64,000 nucleotides of DNA from Antedon mediterranea (Eukaryota; Animalia; Echinodermata): the NCBI RefSeq assembly GCF_964355755.1, contig NC_092677.1:22865175-22929174 (forward strand), given 5' to 3'. Shown here one piece after another: positions 52,694-64,000 of this stretch. Below the pieces are notes generated by a model. The model saw only the letters and a list, made by a program, of their open reading frames with translations, ran no database searches and was not told the origin of the DNA. The translations under genes were made by a program, and so were the position numbers. Each line of letters begins with the position of its first letter. Positions within the stretch are counted from its first letter, which is position 1.

Positions 52694-52698
52694 TTAAG

Positions 52699-55452
52699 TG
52701 TTACTATCAGAATTTGACAGCAAAGACTGAATATTTATTTAATTTTAGTTACAGGCAGAAATAAAGCGTTGCGTCACTAACACCCCGGCCCCAATACATT
52801 GTATACATAATGTATTTTTCCTATCAAGTAATAAATAATAAGTAACCCAGTGCCATGTTTTTAGCACGGATTTGCAAAATTAAGAATTTATCAATATTAT
52901 GGTGTATCCTTAATTGTCTGATTTTCTGAATCTAACTACATTTAATTACATACATCCTTCTAGTAAGCAAATTTTAACAATTGGCCTATCATATACACCC
53001 GTTTGGGTTTTAACTTCAACAGAACGAACCCGTCCGTCGGTGCCGGGGTAAATCTTGGTGATCAATCCTAAAGGCCATTGGTAACGAGGTGTGTTCATTA
53101 GAACCAGGTCCCTTTGCCGTAGATTTCTTCTTAGTTTTAACCATTTCTGGCGCTGTTGTAGGGCAGGAAGATATTTACTTAACCATCGTTTCCAAAAGAT
53201 GTCCGCCATATACTGAATTTGACGCTTATACAAGTCTTGGTTAAAGAACATGCCAGGAGGTAATGAGGGTCCAGCACGCATAAGCAATAGGTGGTTAGGT
53301 GTAAGGGGCGAGGGATCATCTGGATCACTGGAAAGTTTAGTTATGGGACGACTGTTCACTATGCTTTCTAATATGCACATCAGTGTTGAAAATCCTTCAT
53401 CATCCAGTTTCTGCTGACCCAATACGCCACGCAGCACGGAACGCACCGTACGAATTTGCCTCTCTCAGGCTCCACCCATATGTGACGCAGTAGGAGTATT
53501 AAATATCCACTCGATTTCCTTTTGTTGCAAGAAGTCACCTATCTTATGTTGGTTCCATCCTTTAAGTGCTTGCTTTAATTGCAGTTGAGCACCTACTAAG
53601 TTCGTGCTATTATCTGAGCGAATTTCGGCTGGCTCGCCCCGTCGTGCAATAAAGCGTTGTAAGGCATTAATGAACGAGTCTGTGTCCAAAGTGTGTGAAA
53701 CCTCTAAGTGAATGGCTCGAGTGGCGAGGCAAGTGAAGATACATCCGTATCTTTTCAATTCGCTACGGGCTCTTTTTATTACAAACGGTCCAAAGTAGTC
53801 AATACCTACTCTATTGAACGGCGTTTCATTTGATTTAACCCGGGCTTCAGGAAGATTTCCCATCATTTGTGTTTCTGTTCTTGCTCTCAACTTCCTGCAT
53901 GTTATACATTTGAAAAAGATACCTTTCACGGTGGGGCGACCTCGAACAATCCAATACTTTAGTCTGGTTTCAGCCAAAGTGCGTTCAGCTCCAGCGTGAC
54001 CCGTTCTCAAGTGGTGATGTTCGACAATTAACTTAGTAACATGGTGATTTGCTGGTAGCAACACTTGATGCTTGGTTTGGTATGATACATTTGCCTTTTC
54101 TAATCTACCTCCCACACGCCACAGACCGTCTTCTGTCGGGATAGGATTCAACCTTTTAAGCGAATTAATCTGCTCAGGCTTCAGGCTATTTGTTTGAATA
54201 TACCTGATGATGGATTCTTCTGCTTTCTTAAGCTCGTTTACTGTTAGTTTCCCAGTAAATAGGCATGCAGGTTTCAACATAAAGGTTTTGAAGCGCATAA
54301 TCCATGCCACAGCTCGCTTTAGCCGGTACCAGGAAGAGTAGCGTTTTAAGAGTTGGTCGACAGTAGCGTTATTATTTGTCACAACTGTGTAGATTTTTGA
54401 CGATTTTTTAATTTCCGCCCTTGCTTCAAGTTCTGCGCATTTAAAGGGTGGTTGAGTTGGCCATCTTTCATTTTTCCACAGGAATGATGGTCCGCTAACC
54501 CATCTGCGGTTATTAACCAGCTTGCTTGCAGTCAAACCTCGGGATGCGTCATCTCCAGGGTTACTCTTTGTGTCAATGTATCGCCATTGGTGCGGAAAAC
54601 TATGTTCCCTGATTACCGAAACACGGTTTGCTACGTAAGTCTGGAAGCGACGCTCATCATTTTGAATATACCATAAAACGATCATGCTGTCCGACCAAAA
54701 GGTGGATTCCAACAGCGGAATTTCTAGCTCACGCAGCAACAACTTGTCTAACTTGATTGCTTCGACGGCTGCGGTCAACTCCAACCTTGGGATGGTTGTG
54801 GTCATCAAAGGTGCAAGTCTCAATTTGGACATCAAAATACTACAATGGCTTTTATCGTAGGAATCTATCATTCTAAGATACGTTACTGCCCCGTATCCAG
54901 CTTCGGATGCGTCGACAAAATGATATAGTTGGCTGGATTTTATGCGAAGCCCAATGGGCTTAAAACAACGTGGTACCTTCAGATCCATTATAGTAGGAAG
55001 GTCAATGAGCCATCGATTCCACTGATCAGCACTCTCAGTTGGTATGGGATCATCCCAATCGTATTTGCAGCGGCATAGTTGCTGAAATATCATCTTTCCT
55101 CGCAGTACATAGGGTCCTGCATAACCAAGTGGATCGTACACAGAGTTGAGTATACTTAGCACTCCGCGACGTGTCATAGGTTTAACAGCAACTTGAATAT
55201 CGTATTGGAACTTGTCTTGCTCAATATTCCAAAGCATTCCAAGGACTCGCTCACATGGTAAGCTGTCGAAACTAATGTTCTTTAATCCTGTGGCCCACTC
55301 ATCTTGAGGTAGAGAATAGATAACCTCCCGGCTATTCGACATCCACTTGTTGAGGTGAAATCCTCCACACTGCAATAGTCTTTTAACTTCATGTACGAGA
55401 TATATGGCTTCGTCAACAGACGCTACAGACTTTAAGCAATCGTCTACGTAAA
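52699..55452 (-). mobile_element. BEL/Pao LTR retrotransposon, 3' half (RT from YVDD, RNase H/Pao peptidase region, integrase) with a short 3' LTR
   Basis: FYVDDCL, YDPLG, DAS, IPRLEL, HH..H/CxxC, DYFGP, SDN and PLTPNHLL motifs. PPT GGGGCCGGGG next to an 84-bp TG...CA LTR at 52699-52782. Confidence 0.93.
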
Positions 55453-57692
55453 AGTTATGAAATGTTATGTTTACACGTTTTTGAGATACGCGAGATACAA
55501 AAATAGATGAGAAATGCGCGTGCGCGCGTAACGTCTTGTAAAACATGGCATTTTTAATCCACAAAAAGTTTGCCCTTGATATGACTTAAATTTTCCCAAA
55601 GTGTCAAAACAAATTTATGCTTGGTTTTTAGTCTATGATCAATCATAAAAAATCATAAAATCGCACGTAAGTCACGTTGCGCAACTCTGACGTCATTCAA
55701 AAATAGGAGTTGCACAACTTCACGTAAATGCCCATATGTTGACAAAGTTATGAAATGTTATGTTTACAAGTTTTTGAGATACGTGAGGCACAAAAATGGA
55801 GGAGAAAGAAATAAGAAAAAAAAAAAAAAAAAAAGTAACAGGACGATTACAAGGAGTTATCCGCTACTAAGCGGATAACTAAAAAGAAACTAGACATGTA
55901 ACTCGTCACTTTGACGAGTTTGGTTATCCGCCGCGCAAGTGGTGCAACATTAACATTAAGGGGATAGGTTGAGGACAAAAGGAAGTGTTCACATTGGCAT
56001 TATGACCTGAACTGAAGAATATGATATGTTGTTATTTGCTGAATTTTATTATTTAAATTCATATATAGTATACACAGTATAATCTGTATACATATCACAT
56101 ACAGTGACATACAGTGTAGAATAGGTGAAATTACGGGACCCGCTATTTATTGCAATTTTTAACATGTTGACGGTTTTAAAATGAAACACGAAGGTAGCAA
56201 TTCCGAAAGGAAATTATCTCAGCAACAACGTATTAGCGTGTAGAAGAAATTTGAATACGTGAAATATTGATGCGCGCTCTTTTAAATGTAATGAATTATG
56301 ACGCAAAAGATGAAAATACGACCTTTTTTATTTAACTGGCCATATGATGACGTCACAACATCCGATGGGCAACATTTTTACATAATTTTGTATTTACAAT
56401 CCAACAGCTTCCAAAAAAAGTTTTAATCGTGATTATCACATTTTATTCTTACGAGCTATAACAGATTAAAATTTACTGTAAAGATGAAATTGATGCCACA
56501 CTTGATTTAAATTTTTAGGCATGATGACGTCATAAAAATTAAAATATTTTTAACTCATGCGAAAGATAGTTGATTGACCTAGACAATATCAAAATCGGGG
56601 TGAAAATGGAAAACGAATAAGTGGAGATGCGCTATACTCAATGTGATGAGCTATGACGAAAGATACAAAAATCCTAAATTTTATATTCGCGTGGCCATAC
56701 GATGACGTCACAATGTCCGGTTAGCCATATTAATACCTGATCCGATATCTACAACTCATCAACTTCAAGAATATGTAATAAAAATAATTTTTACCGTTTA
56801 TTTTAGAAACTACGATTGTTTAAAAAAAGGCTTAATTTTGACGAATTTTTGAAGTTTTTCATCAAAAAAGCGTGCAAATTATAATATTCTACGTGCTCGT
56901 ATGACGTAATTTGAAGTCGAAATTGTTTAAAAGTTGGTAAAATTACTAGAAAAGGCTGGAAAAACATAAATCACTCGAAAAAATGACGTTTTTAACGCTA
57001 CGTGTGCACCACGCGCTTAAAAATTTGCGCACGTGTGGGAATTTTTGACATGCTCAAAATGACATAAAACGCGTAGAAAGTTGATTAGAAATTGATTTTT
57101 CGCATTGCAAAATTTTAAACGCGCGTGCGCGCGTAACTTCGTGTAAAACATTCCATTTTTAGTGCACAAAAAGTTAGCGCACAATATAAATTAGACTTTT
57201 GCTAAGTTTCAATTTAAATTGTTATATGGTTTTCGATCTATGTTAAATACGCGAAATTCATAAAAACGCGCATAAGTCATGTTGCGCAACTCTGACGTCA
57301 TTCAATTATAGGAAAGCACAACGTCACGTGATTGCCCATATGTTGACAAAGTTATAAAATGTTAACTTTACACGTTTTAGAGATACGCTCTGCACAAAAA
57401 TGACAGAAAGAAAGAAGAATAATACAGAAAAAAAAAAAAAAAAGATGATGAAACAGGACAGTTACAAGGAGTTATCCGCCATAGTGCGGATAACTAAAAA
57501 AGATTAGACATGTAACTCGTCACTTTGACGAGTTTGGTTATCCGCCGCGCAAGTGGTGCAATTAACATTAACATTAAGGAGATAGGTTGAGGACAAAAGG
57601 AAGTGTTCACGTTGGCATTATGACCTGAACTGAAGAATATAATATGTTGTTATTGCTGAATTTTATTATTTAAATTCATATATAGTATACAC
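55453..57692 (+). mobile_element. Head-to-tail array of ~1.6-kb Helentron/HINE-like units (partial, complete 55888-57495, partial)
   Basis: Each unit starts (A)ACTAGACATGTAACTCGTCACTTTGACGAGTT..GTTATCCGC and ends in the hairpin AGTTATCCGC-loop-GCGGATAACT plus an A run. No TIR/TSD and no ORF. Confidence 0.7.
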
Positions 57693-57950
57693 AACTTTAT
57701 CATCGGTAAATTCCACAATTTTTCTCACTTGGATAACTTCAATTTTGTTACCATGGTTTTCTTAAAATTGCTGTGAAATGCATTCCAGACGGAATCAAAA
57801 GCTGACCAAATTAAGTCCTATCCAGTGTGAGTAAGATTTCAGAATTCAGACCTGCCCATGTCAGCTTTATGCAATCAATACTTTAAGATTTAGGTTTAAA
57901 GGGTTTGGGAATGTAGATGTGGAAGAGTAAATGCTTTGTTTTTTTTAAAG

Positions 57951-58061
57951 ATAGTAATGATTGCAATCCTGACCCATGTGTAAATGGGTCTTGTTTGGAT
58001 GGTGTAAATCAGTACATTTGTGTCTGTATCGCTGGTTACTCGGGAACAAACTGTGATATAA
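57951..58061 (+). CDS. EGF exon ([36 protein letters not shown])
   Basis: AG/GT bounded, 111 nt, phase 1-1. Confidence 0.9.
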
Positions 58062-58365
58062 GTATTAAGTAATCTCATTTAGGCAACAGGTGGCAAACAT
58101 TGCAGAGAAACACCACATAACAAAATTCTTGGTTTTTTATGACAAAAACAATTCCATTCTTTTGTATGTGTGTTTGTTGGATATTAGGACAATACTTACA
58201 TTAGTTATTAGCAATATTTATTAATATGCTGTAGGTGGTTAGTGGGCTTACCTTACAATGTCCAGGATTTAATCCTGATGTAGTTCTAAGACTTTCTAAT
58301 AGAAAGAATAATATCTGCAATATGACCTAAAAATATAATTAGATGCTTATTATTTTTAACTTTAG

Positions 58366-58479
58366 ATATAAATGAATGTGCCAGTGGACCATGCCAGAAT
58401 GGTGCAATTTGTGAAGATGAGGTGAATGGGTACCAATGTATGTGTCTTGCAGGATTCCAGGGAATTCATTGTGAAATTA
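58366..58479 (+). CDS. Ca-binding EGF exon (INECASGPCQNGAICEDEVNGYQCMCLAGFQGIHCEI)
   Basis: TTTAG / GTGAGT, 114 nt, phase 1-1. Confidence 0.95.
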
Positions 58480-58555
58480 GTGAGTATAATTTTCAGTATG
58501 TGATATTTGCTGACAGCAAACTACAGTCAGAAACAGTTAATTGTACATACAGTAC

Positions 58556-58835
58556 CAGGGGCGGATCCAGGATTTAACAGAGTAGGATTCTTATTTGATA
58601 GAGAGATTATACTAAGATACAGAGTATTTGAGCTTTCCCAACTTCTGAAGGTTCTGTTCATGACTTTTAATTTCTTTTAAAATTCAAGGTTTTTCCTTCT
58701 GTCAAGGAATTATATATCTATGTTATATGTGGCCATTCCTTGTTTTTGTGGGGTTTACCACTAATCTTCCTGTTAAAAATATATTTTTGTTTCATTTGAA
58801 GGGGTTCGTTCGAACCCCACCAGGATCCGCCACTG
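58556..58835. mobile_element. hAT-like MITE
   Basis: CAGGGGCGGATCC ... GGATCCGCCACTG termini. TSD not clean. Confidence 0.7.
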
Positions 58836-59232
58836 CATACTTTTACCCCACTCACACATACAAAAATGTGACCCAATGGTTCTTTTATTTTAAAATGTGT
58901 GGAGAAACTAATAAAACAAACAAACATAGTAAACATGCATGGGGGAAAGTTTTTTACCATTGTTCAGTAAATCTTCCCAGTTTTAGCAAGTAGTTGAAGC
59001 AAGCACACTAAAATACTAATAAAAGCATACCCAAACAAGATATCAAACTTTTTTAAGCAATGGATATGCCATCTTTTTTGTGACTATGGGTGAACTGAGT
59101 TATTAGCTCAAAGTCCTAAACTTATATTACGACTTAATATACTTGTAATGAAATTGATGGGGTTAGCCAACAATTTGGTTTGTAGTTTGTTTCAAATAAA
59201 TGATTAAAATGAGTTATGGTTTTCATTTTCAG

Positions 59233-59346
59233 ATATAGATGAATGTGCAGGTTCACCTTGTGCTAATGGTGGTACATGCTTAGATGGTGTTAATGGCTAT
59301 TTTTGTCAGTGCGCACCTGGTTGGACTAATTTCAACTGTGATTTTA
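59233..59346 (+). CDS. Ca-binding EGF exon ([37 protein letters not shown])
   Basis: TTTCAG / GTAAGT, 114 nt, phase 1-1. Confidence 0.95.
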
Positions 59347-59546
59347 GTAAGTACAAAAGTATACTGCGGTAATTCTACTTTGATTTTACTTACTGGAATA
59401 TATTTGAAATATGGTATAGCATCGACTCACAAAGAGTATTACTAGACTTAATATACTTGTAATGAAATTGATGGGGTTAGCCAACAATTTGGTTTGTAGT
59501 TTGTTTCAAATAAATGATTAAAATGAGTTATGGTTTTCATTTTCAG

Positions 59547-59660
59547 ATATAGATGAATGTGCAAGTTCACCTTGTCCTAATGGTGGTACATGCTTAGATG
59601 GTGTTAATGGCTATTTTTGTCAGTGCACACCTGGTTGGACTAATTTCAACTGTGATTTTA
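59547..59660 (+). CDS. Ca-binding EGF exon ([37 protein letters not shown])
   Basis: TTTCAG / GTAAGT, 114 nt, phase 1-1. Confidence 0.95.
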
Positions 59661-59860
59661 GTAAGTACAAAAGTATACTGCGGTAATTCTACTTTGATTT
59701 TACTTACTGGAATATATTTGAAATATGGTATAGCATCGACTCACAAAGAGTATTACTAGACTTAATATACTTGTAATGAAATTGATGGGGTTAGCCAACA
59801 ATTTGGTTTGTAGTTTGTTTCAAATAAATGATTAAAATGAGTTATGGTTTTCATTTTCAG

Positions 59861-59974
59861 ATATAGAGGAATGTGCAAGTTCACCTTGTGCTAATGGTGG
59901 TACATGCTTAGATATTGTTAATGGCTATTTTTGTCAGTGCGCACCTGGTTGGACTAATTTCAACTGTGATTTTA
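59861..59974 (+). CDS. EGF exon ([37 protein letters not shown])
   Basis: TTTCAG / GTAAGT, 114 nt, phase 1-1. Confidence 0.95.
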
Positions 59975-60174
59975 GTAAGTACAAAAGTATACTGCGGTAA
60001 TTCTACTTTGATTTTACTTACTGGAATATATTTGAAATATGGTATAGCATCGACTCACAAAGAGTATTACTAGTTTTACCCATTAAATAGTACATATTGT
60101 TATGCATAGAATGCAAAACAGTGTGGACCAAAACATTTTGTACATACATCCTTGCCGGTTTGGTTAAAATTTAG

Positions 60175-60309
<135 letters not shown>

Positions 60310-60808
60310 TAGTTCTAAAAGTTTGCTTATTTCATAAATAATGAATGCTTTCTTTCAATGAAAAACGCTGCTCTACCATTTTTTTTACTATTTTTTTTTT
60401 GCTTACATATATTGAAGCTTCATACTTATCTATCTAGTCTATTATTTCATGTTGGTAGAAATAGTGGTTTGTGTATGTATAGTGTTTTGTTTTGGATATG
60501 CAAATTTGTTTATTTACAAATTTGCATATTCAAATATAATGCAAATGCAACAACATTTAGGTGTTATTCTACTGTATATTATAAATCATAACATTTCATT
60601 TAATCATAGTTATTTTTATTTAAATCTTTGTATCGTAATCTTTTTTGTTCAAATTTTCTTGAAATTTGGTAAGGTTTCTATCAACGCTTTATTTGCCTTT
60701 ACTTTTATTTGGAAAAAGACCACTTTGCTCAGTTAATTTTCAATGTATAGCAGTTAGTACAATGGTTTCTTGACTTTTGTTGGTGGCAAAACGTTTTCAA
60801 GCTTTTAA

Positions 60809-61033
<225 letters not shown>

Positions 61034-61270
61034 TGATGGATTATTCAAACTGAGTGGCAAAGGCGTTAAGACAATGGAACCATAATTTCGTAACCATAAC
61101 ATCGACAAAGGTTTGTTTATGTCCTTGCTTCGCGTCCTAGTGCAAACCAAGCCTTATTGTGTATAGTATAAACAGGCCTTACTATGCAAATGGTTTACAT
61201 AGCAAATAAGCAATTGAAGTGCCTTAATCTTTATGGACTGTATTTATTTCAAGATTTTTTTTCTTTTAAG

Positions 61271-61384
61271 ACGATGATGAGTGCTCGAGCATGCCATGTC
61301 AAAATGGGGGTGCTTGTATTGATGCTGTTAACAGCTACACATGTGTCTGTGTGGCTGGATACACTGGAACAACTTGTGAAATCA
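61271..61384 (+). CDS. Ca-binding EGF exon (DDECSSMPCQNGGACIDAVNSYTCVCVAGYTGTTCEI)
   Basis: TTTAAG / GTATGT, 114 nt, phase 1-1. Confidence 0.95.
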
Positions 61385-61717
61385 GTATGTTTTTTTGTTT
61401 GTTTTTTTCTAATGTTAATTTTGTCCATATCCTAGATTTAAACTAAACATAACACTAACAGATATTTATCAGAGACTGGTCAAACCGTCAAGTAATTATT
61501 TATCATAAAAGAACACTATTAAAATAGACTTTTCTAGTTGCTAATTTATTAATTATATATATTAATATATATATTAATATATATATATATAAATCCAAAG
61601 GCAAATTACTGAAAAAAGGACAATGCTGTGGGTATCAGTGGCTGGATCTCAATGGAGATACAAAAAAAAGGCGAAAAGCTAAATCAAAACGATAAAGTAA
61701 AACAGCTAGAAAAGTTA

Positions 61718-61754
61718 GCAGAGCTTTTGGGCAACACTAGCTCTTCATCAGTGC
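61718..61754 (-). ncRNA. Degenerate minimal hammerhead ribozyme of the Penelope-LTR type
   Basis: The minus strand reads GCA-CTGATGA-A-GAGC-TAGTGTT-GCCC-AAAA-GC-TC-TGC. The GAAA core is changed to AAAA and helix II has one mismatch. Confidence 0.55.
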
Positions 61755-61950
61755 AAATGAGTGTACTAATTAGATAGTATAATAAGCAGACAAATAAAAG
61801 AAATAAAATAAAGGAGGCTAGTGAGTAGAAGGTGGAAAGAGCAAGGGTAGAAAACAAAGAAGTTAGCTTGGTAGATATTTTGGAATAGAACTTTAAAAAA
61901 CAGCTTAATGGTGGTTAATATTGAAACTTAAATTGAGGTAGTCAATAACA

Positions 61951-61976
61951 TTAATATATATATATATATATATACA

Positions 61977-62071
<95 letters not shown>

Positions 62072-62108
62072 TAATATATATATATATATATATACATTAA
62101 TATATATA
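61951..62108. repeat. (TA)n microsatellite with CATTAA interruptions
   Basis: Directly visible. Confidence 0.98.
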
Positions 62109-62470
62109 TTCTTTATATCAAACCAACAGTGTAAAACACCAATAACAGGTTGAAAATAAAAGCTAAACTATATATATTAATCTGTATATTTCTTTGTATT
62201 ATACTTAGTTTTTTCCTGTTTGAAATTACTGAATCTTTGAGTCATAATGGTCGCATTTATGTTTTCCTTTTTTCATATCTGTTTCTACTGTTCTTATTCG
62301 TGTTGATCAAATACATAAGCAATACATGTTGAGTACTTATTTTGATAAACTGTTTGTTTCTTTAAAAACACCTATCAAAAATGGAAAATAAGATTTCAGT
62401 TCTGTTTCTTAACAAAGTATAAAATAAAACCAACAATAGCTTTAATTTGTAAAAATCTTTTTTTTTTCAG

Positions 62471-62584
62471 ATATTGATGAATGTGGTAGTTTCCCATGTC
62501 AGAATAATGGACAGTGTATAGATGGAATTAATGGATATCAGTGTGTGTGTATAGTTGGATATGAAGGCATACATTGTGAAATAA
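62471..62584 (+). CDS. Ca-binding EGF exon ([37 protein letters not shown])
   Basis: TTTCAG / GTAAGA, 114 nt, phase 1-1. Confidence 0.95.
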
Positions 62585-62809
62585 GTAAGAAAATTAACAG
62601 TTGTATAGACTGCAGCAGGCTTGGGCTATCAAAAGCTTTGTACACACTGCACTTTGCCAGGAAACGATGAACTATTCATGTCGGTTGGCTCAGCTTACAG
62701 CAAAACTCTTGTTTGCTCCAGTAATTGCATTATAAGAGAATTTTTAGCAGAAACAATAATTGAGTAGCTTATTCAATTGAATGTCCGCATTAAAATTATA
62801 CGATGACTA

Positions 62810-62998
62810 AAGCTCTGTCTACACTTTTAAACTAGTTTGACAAAAAACGTATGACGTTCCCAAATATGGTAGTGATATGCCCAAATATGGTACTGATATT
62901 ACATCATCATGTCCATATATTGAAGTGGTAAATAAAGTGAAACTGAATATATGGGCACTTCACATTTTTTGTCACATAAAGTTGTGTAGACAGAGCTT
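62810..62998. mobile_element. PIF/Harbinger-like MITE
   Basis: TIR AAGCTCTGTCTACAC ... GTGTAGACAGAGCTT in TAA/TTA context. Confidence 0.7.
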
Positions 62999-63044
62999 TA
63001 AAACATGGTTTATGTTTGATGACGAATATAATTTGTTATTACAG

Positions 63045-63158
63045 ATATCAATGAATGTGCCAGTCTTCCATGTCAAAATGGGGGTTTGTGCTTGGATGGT
63101 GTTAATCAGTACACATGCCAGTGTTCTGCTGGCTGGTTTGGAACCCACTGCGAGTTAA
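63045..63158 (+). CDS. Ca-binding EGF exon ([37 protein letters not shown])
   Basis: TTACAG / GTAAGT, 114 nt, phase 1-1. Confidence 0.95.
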   Translation: MSMNVPVFHVKMGVCAWMVLISTHASVLLAGLEPTAS

Positions 63159-63592
63159 GTAAGTTGCATACTTTATGTCAAACTTTAGTCTCATCACCCA
63201 AGTCTTCTGGTAATCATGGCAATATTTTGAATCTGTTTTGTATTTACAAAAAAATAATCTTGATACTGTATAATTTTACCATTATTTTAGTTTTAATACT
63301 AGTCTCATTATGGTTAACCAAAGACGAAAAATTTATTTACGACAATTTATTGACATATTCTATGCTTGGAAAATGCCTGTAAATGCTGATTATTTGTTAT
63401 AAGATAGCAAATTCGGAATGAAATGATATCAGCAAGAACATATTAGCGTGTAGAAGAAATTTGAATATGTGAAATATTGATGTGCGTCCTTTTAAATGTG
63501 ATGAACTATTACGCAAAAGATGAAAATACGATATTTTTTATTTAACTGGCCATATGATAACGTCACAACATCCGATTGGCAAAATGTTCACA

Positions 63593-64000
63593 TGAGCTTT
63601 CCCAACTTCTGAAGGTTCTGTTCATGACTTTTAATTTCTTTTAAAATTCAAGGTTTTTCCTTCTGTCAAGGAATTATATATCTATGTTATATGTGGCCAT
63701 TCCTTGTTTTTGTGGGGTTTACCACTAATCTTTTAGTTCGAACCCCACCAGGATCCGCCACTGCATACTTTTACCCCACTCACACATACAAAAATGTGAC
63801 CCAATGGTTCTTTTATTTTAAAATGTGTGGAGAAACTAATAAAACAAACAAACATAGTAAACATGCATGGGGGAAAGTTTTTTACCATTGTTCAGTAAAT
63901 CTTCCCAGTTTTAGCAAGTAGTTGAAGCAAGCACACTAAAATACTAATAAAAGCATACCCAAACAAGATATCAAACTTTTTTAAGCAATGGATATGCCAT
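63593..64000 (+). repeat. Near-identical duplicate of intron sequence 58629-59072, preceded by a HINE-like fragment (~63402-63594)
   Basis: Letter-for-letter match apart from a ~36-bp deletion. Runs off the window end. Confidence 0.95.

Larger units (their letters stand above)
59131..60073 (+). repeat. Three tandem 314-bp intron-exon-intron cassettes
   Basis: Units start at 59131, 59445 and 59759, each with one EGF exon. Confidence 0.97.

Noticed and set aside
55453-55564. N-terminal extension of the 699-aa BEL ORF
   Set aside because: Read-through into the adjacent HINE-like repeat, not BEL sequence.

Overview
AT-rich, repeat-dense eukaryotic (metazoan) DNA, probably an invertebrate deuterostome such as an echinoderm (inference from a Deu/Nin-domain SINE, a Gmr1-like Gypsy, Academ elements and fibropellin-like exons). 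No prokaryotic genes, rRNA, tRNA or CRISPR are seen. One host gene, missed by the ORF track, runs across the + strand: a secreted or cell-surface multi-EGF (fibropellin/Notch-like) gene. It has a putative TATA box at 10634, a signal-peptide exon at 10705-10777, an EGF exon at 29672-29779, three damaged or partial EGF exons at 50.7-52.7 kb and ten intact phase-1 EGF exons at 57951-63158, and it appears to continue past the window. Its large early introns are filled with nested transposons whose ends and target-site duplications (TSDs) can be read directly: Mutator-like MITEs, a decayed AcademX with both ends, a pogo/Tigger-like shell holding Mag-Gypsy>Gmr1-Gypsy and Tx1>CR1 nests, BEL/Pao, and a head-to-tail Helentron-like array. 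The most notable signals are three 314-bp EGF exon cassettes that differ only by amino-acid-changing substitutions while their introns are identical, EGF exons with TE-derived or broken splice sites, and a 3.6-kb palindrome built from two composite MITEs. Coordinates were read by eye and family names come from recalled motifs, not database searches.
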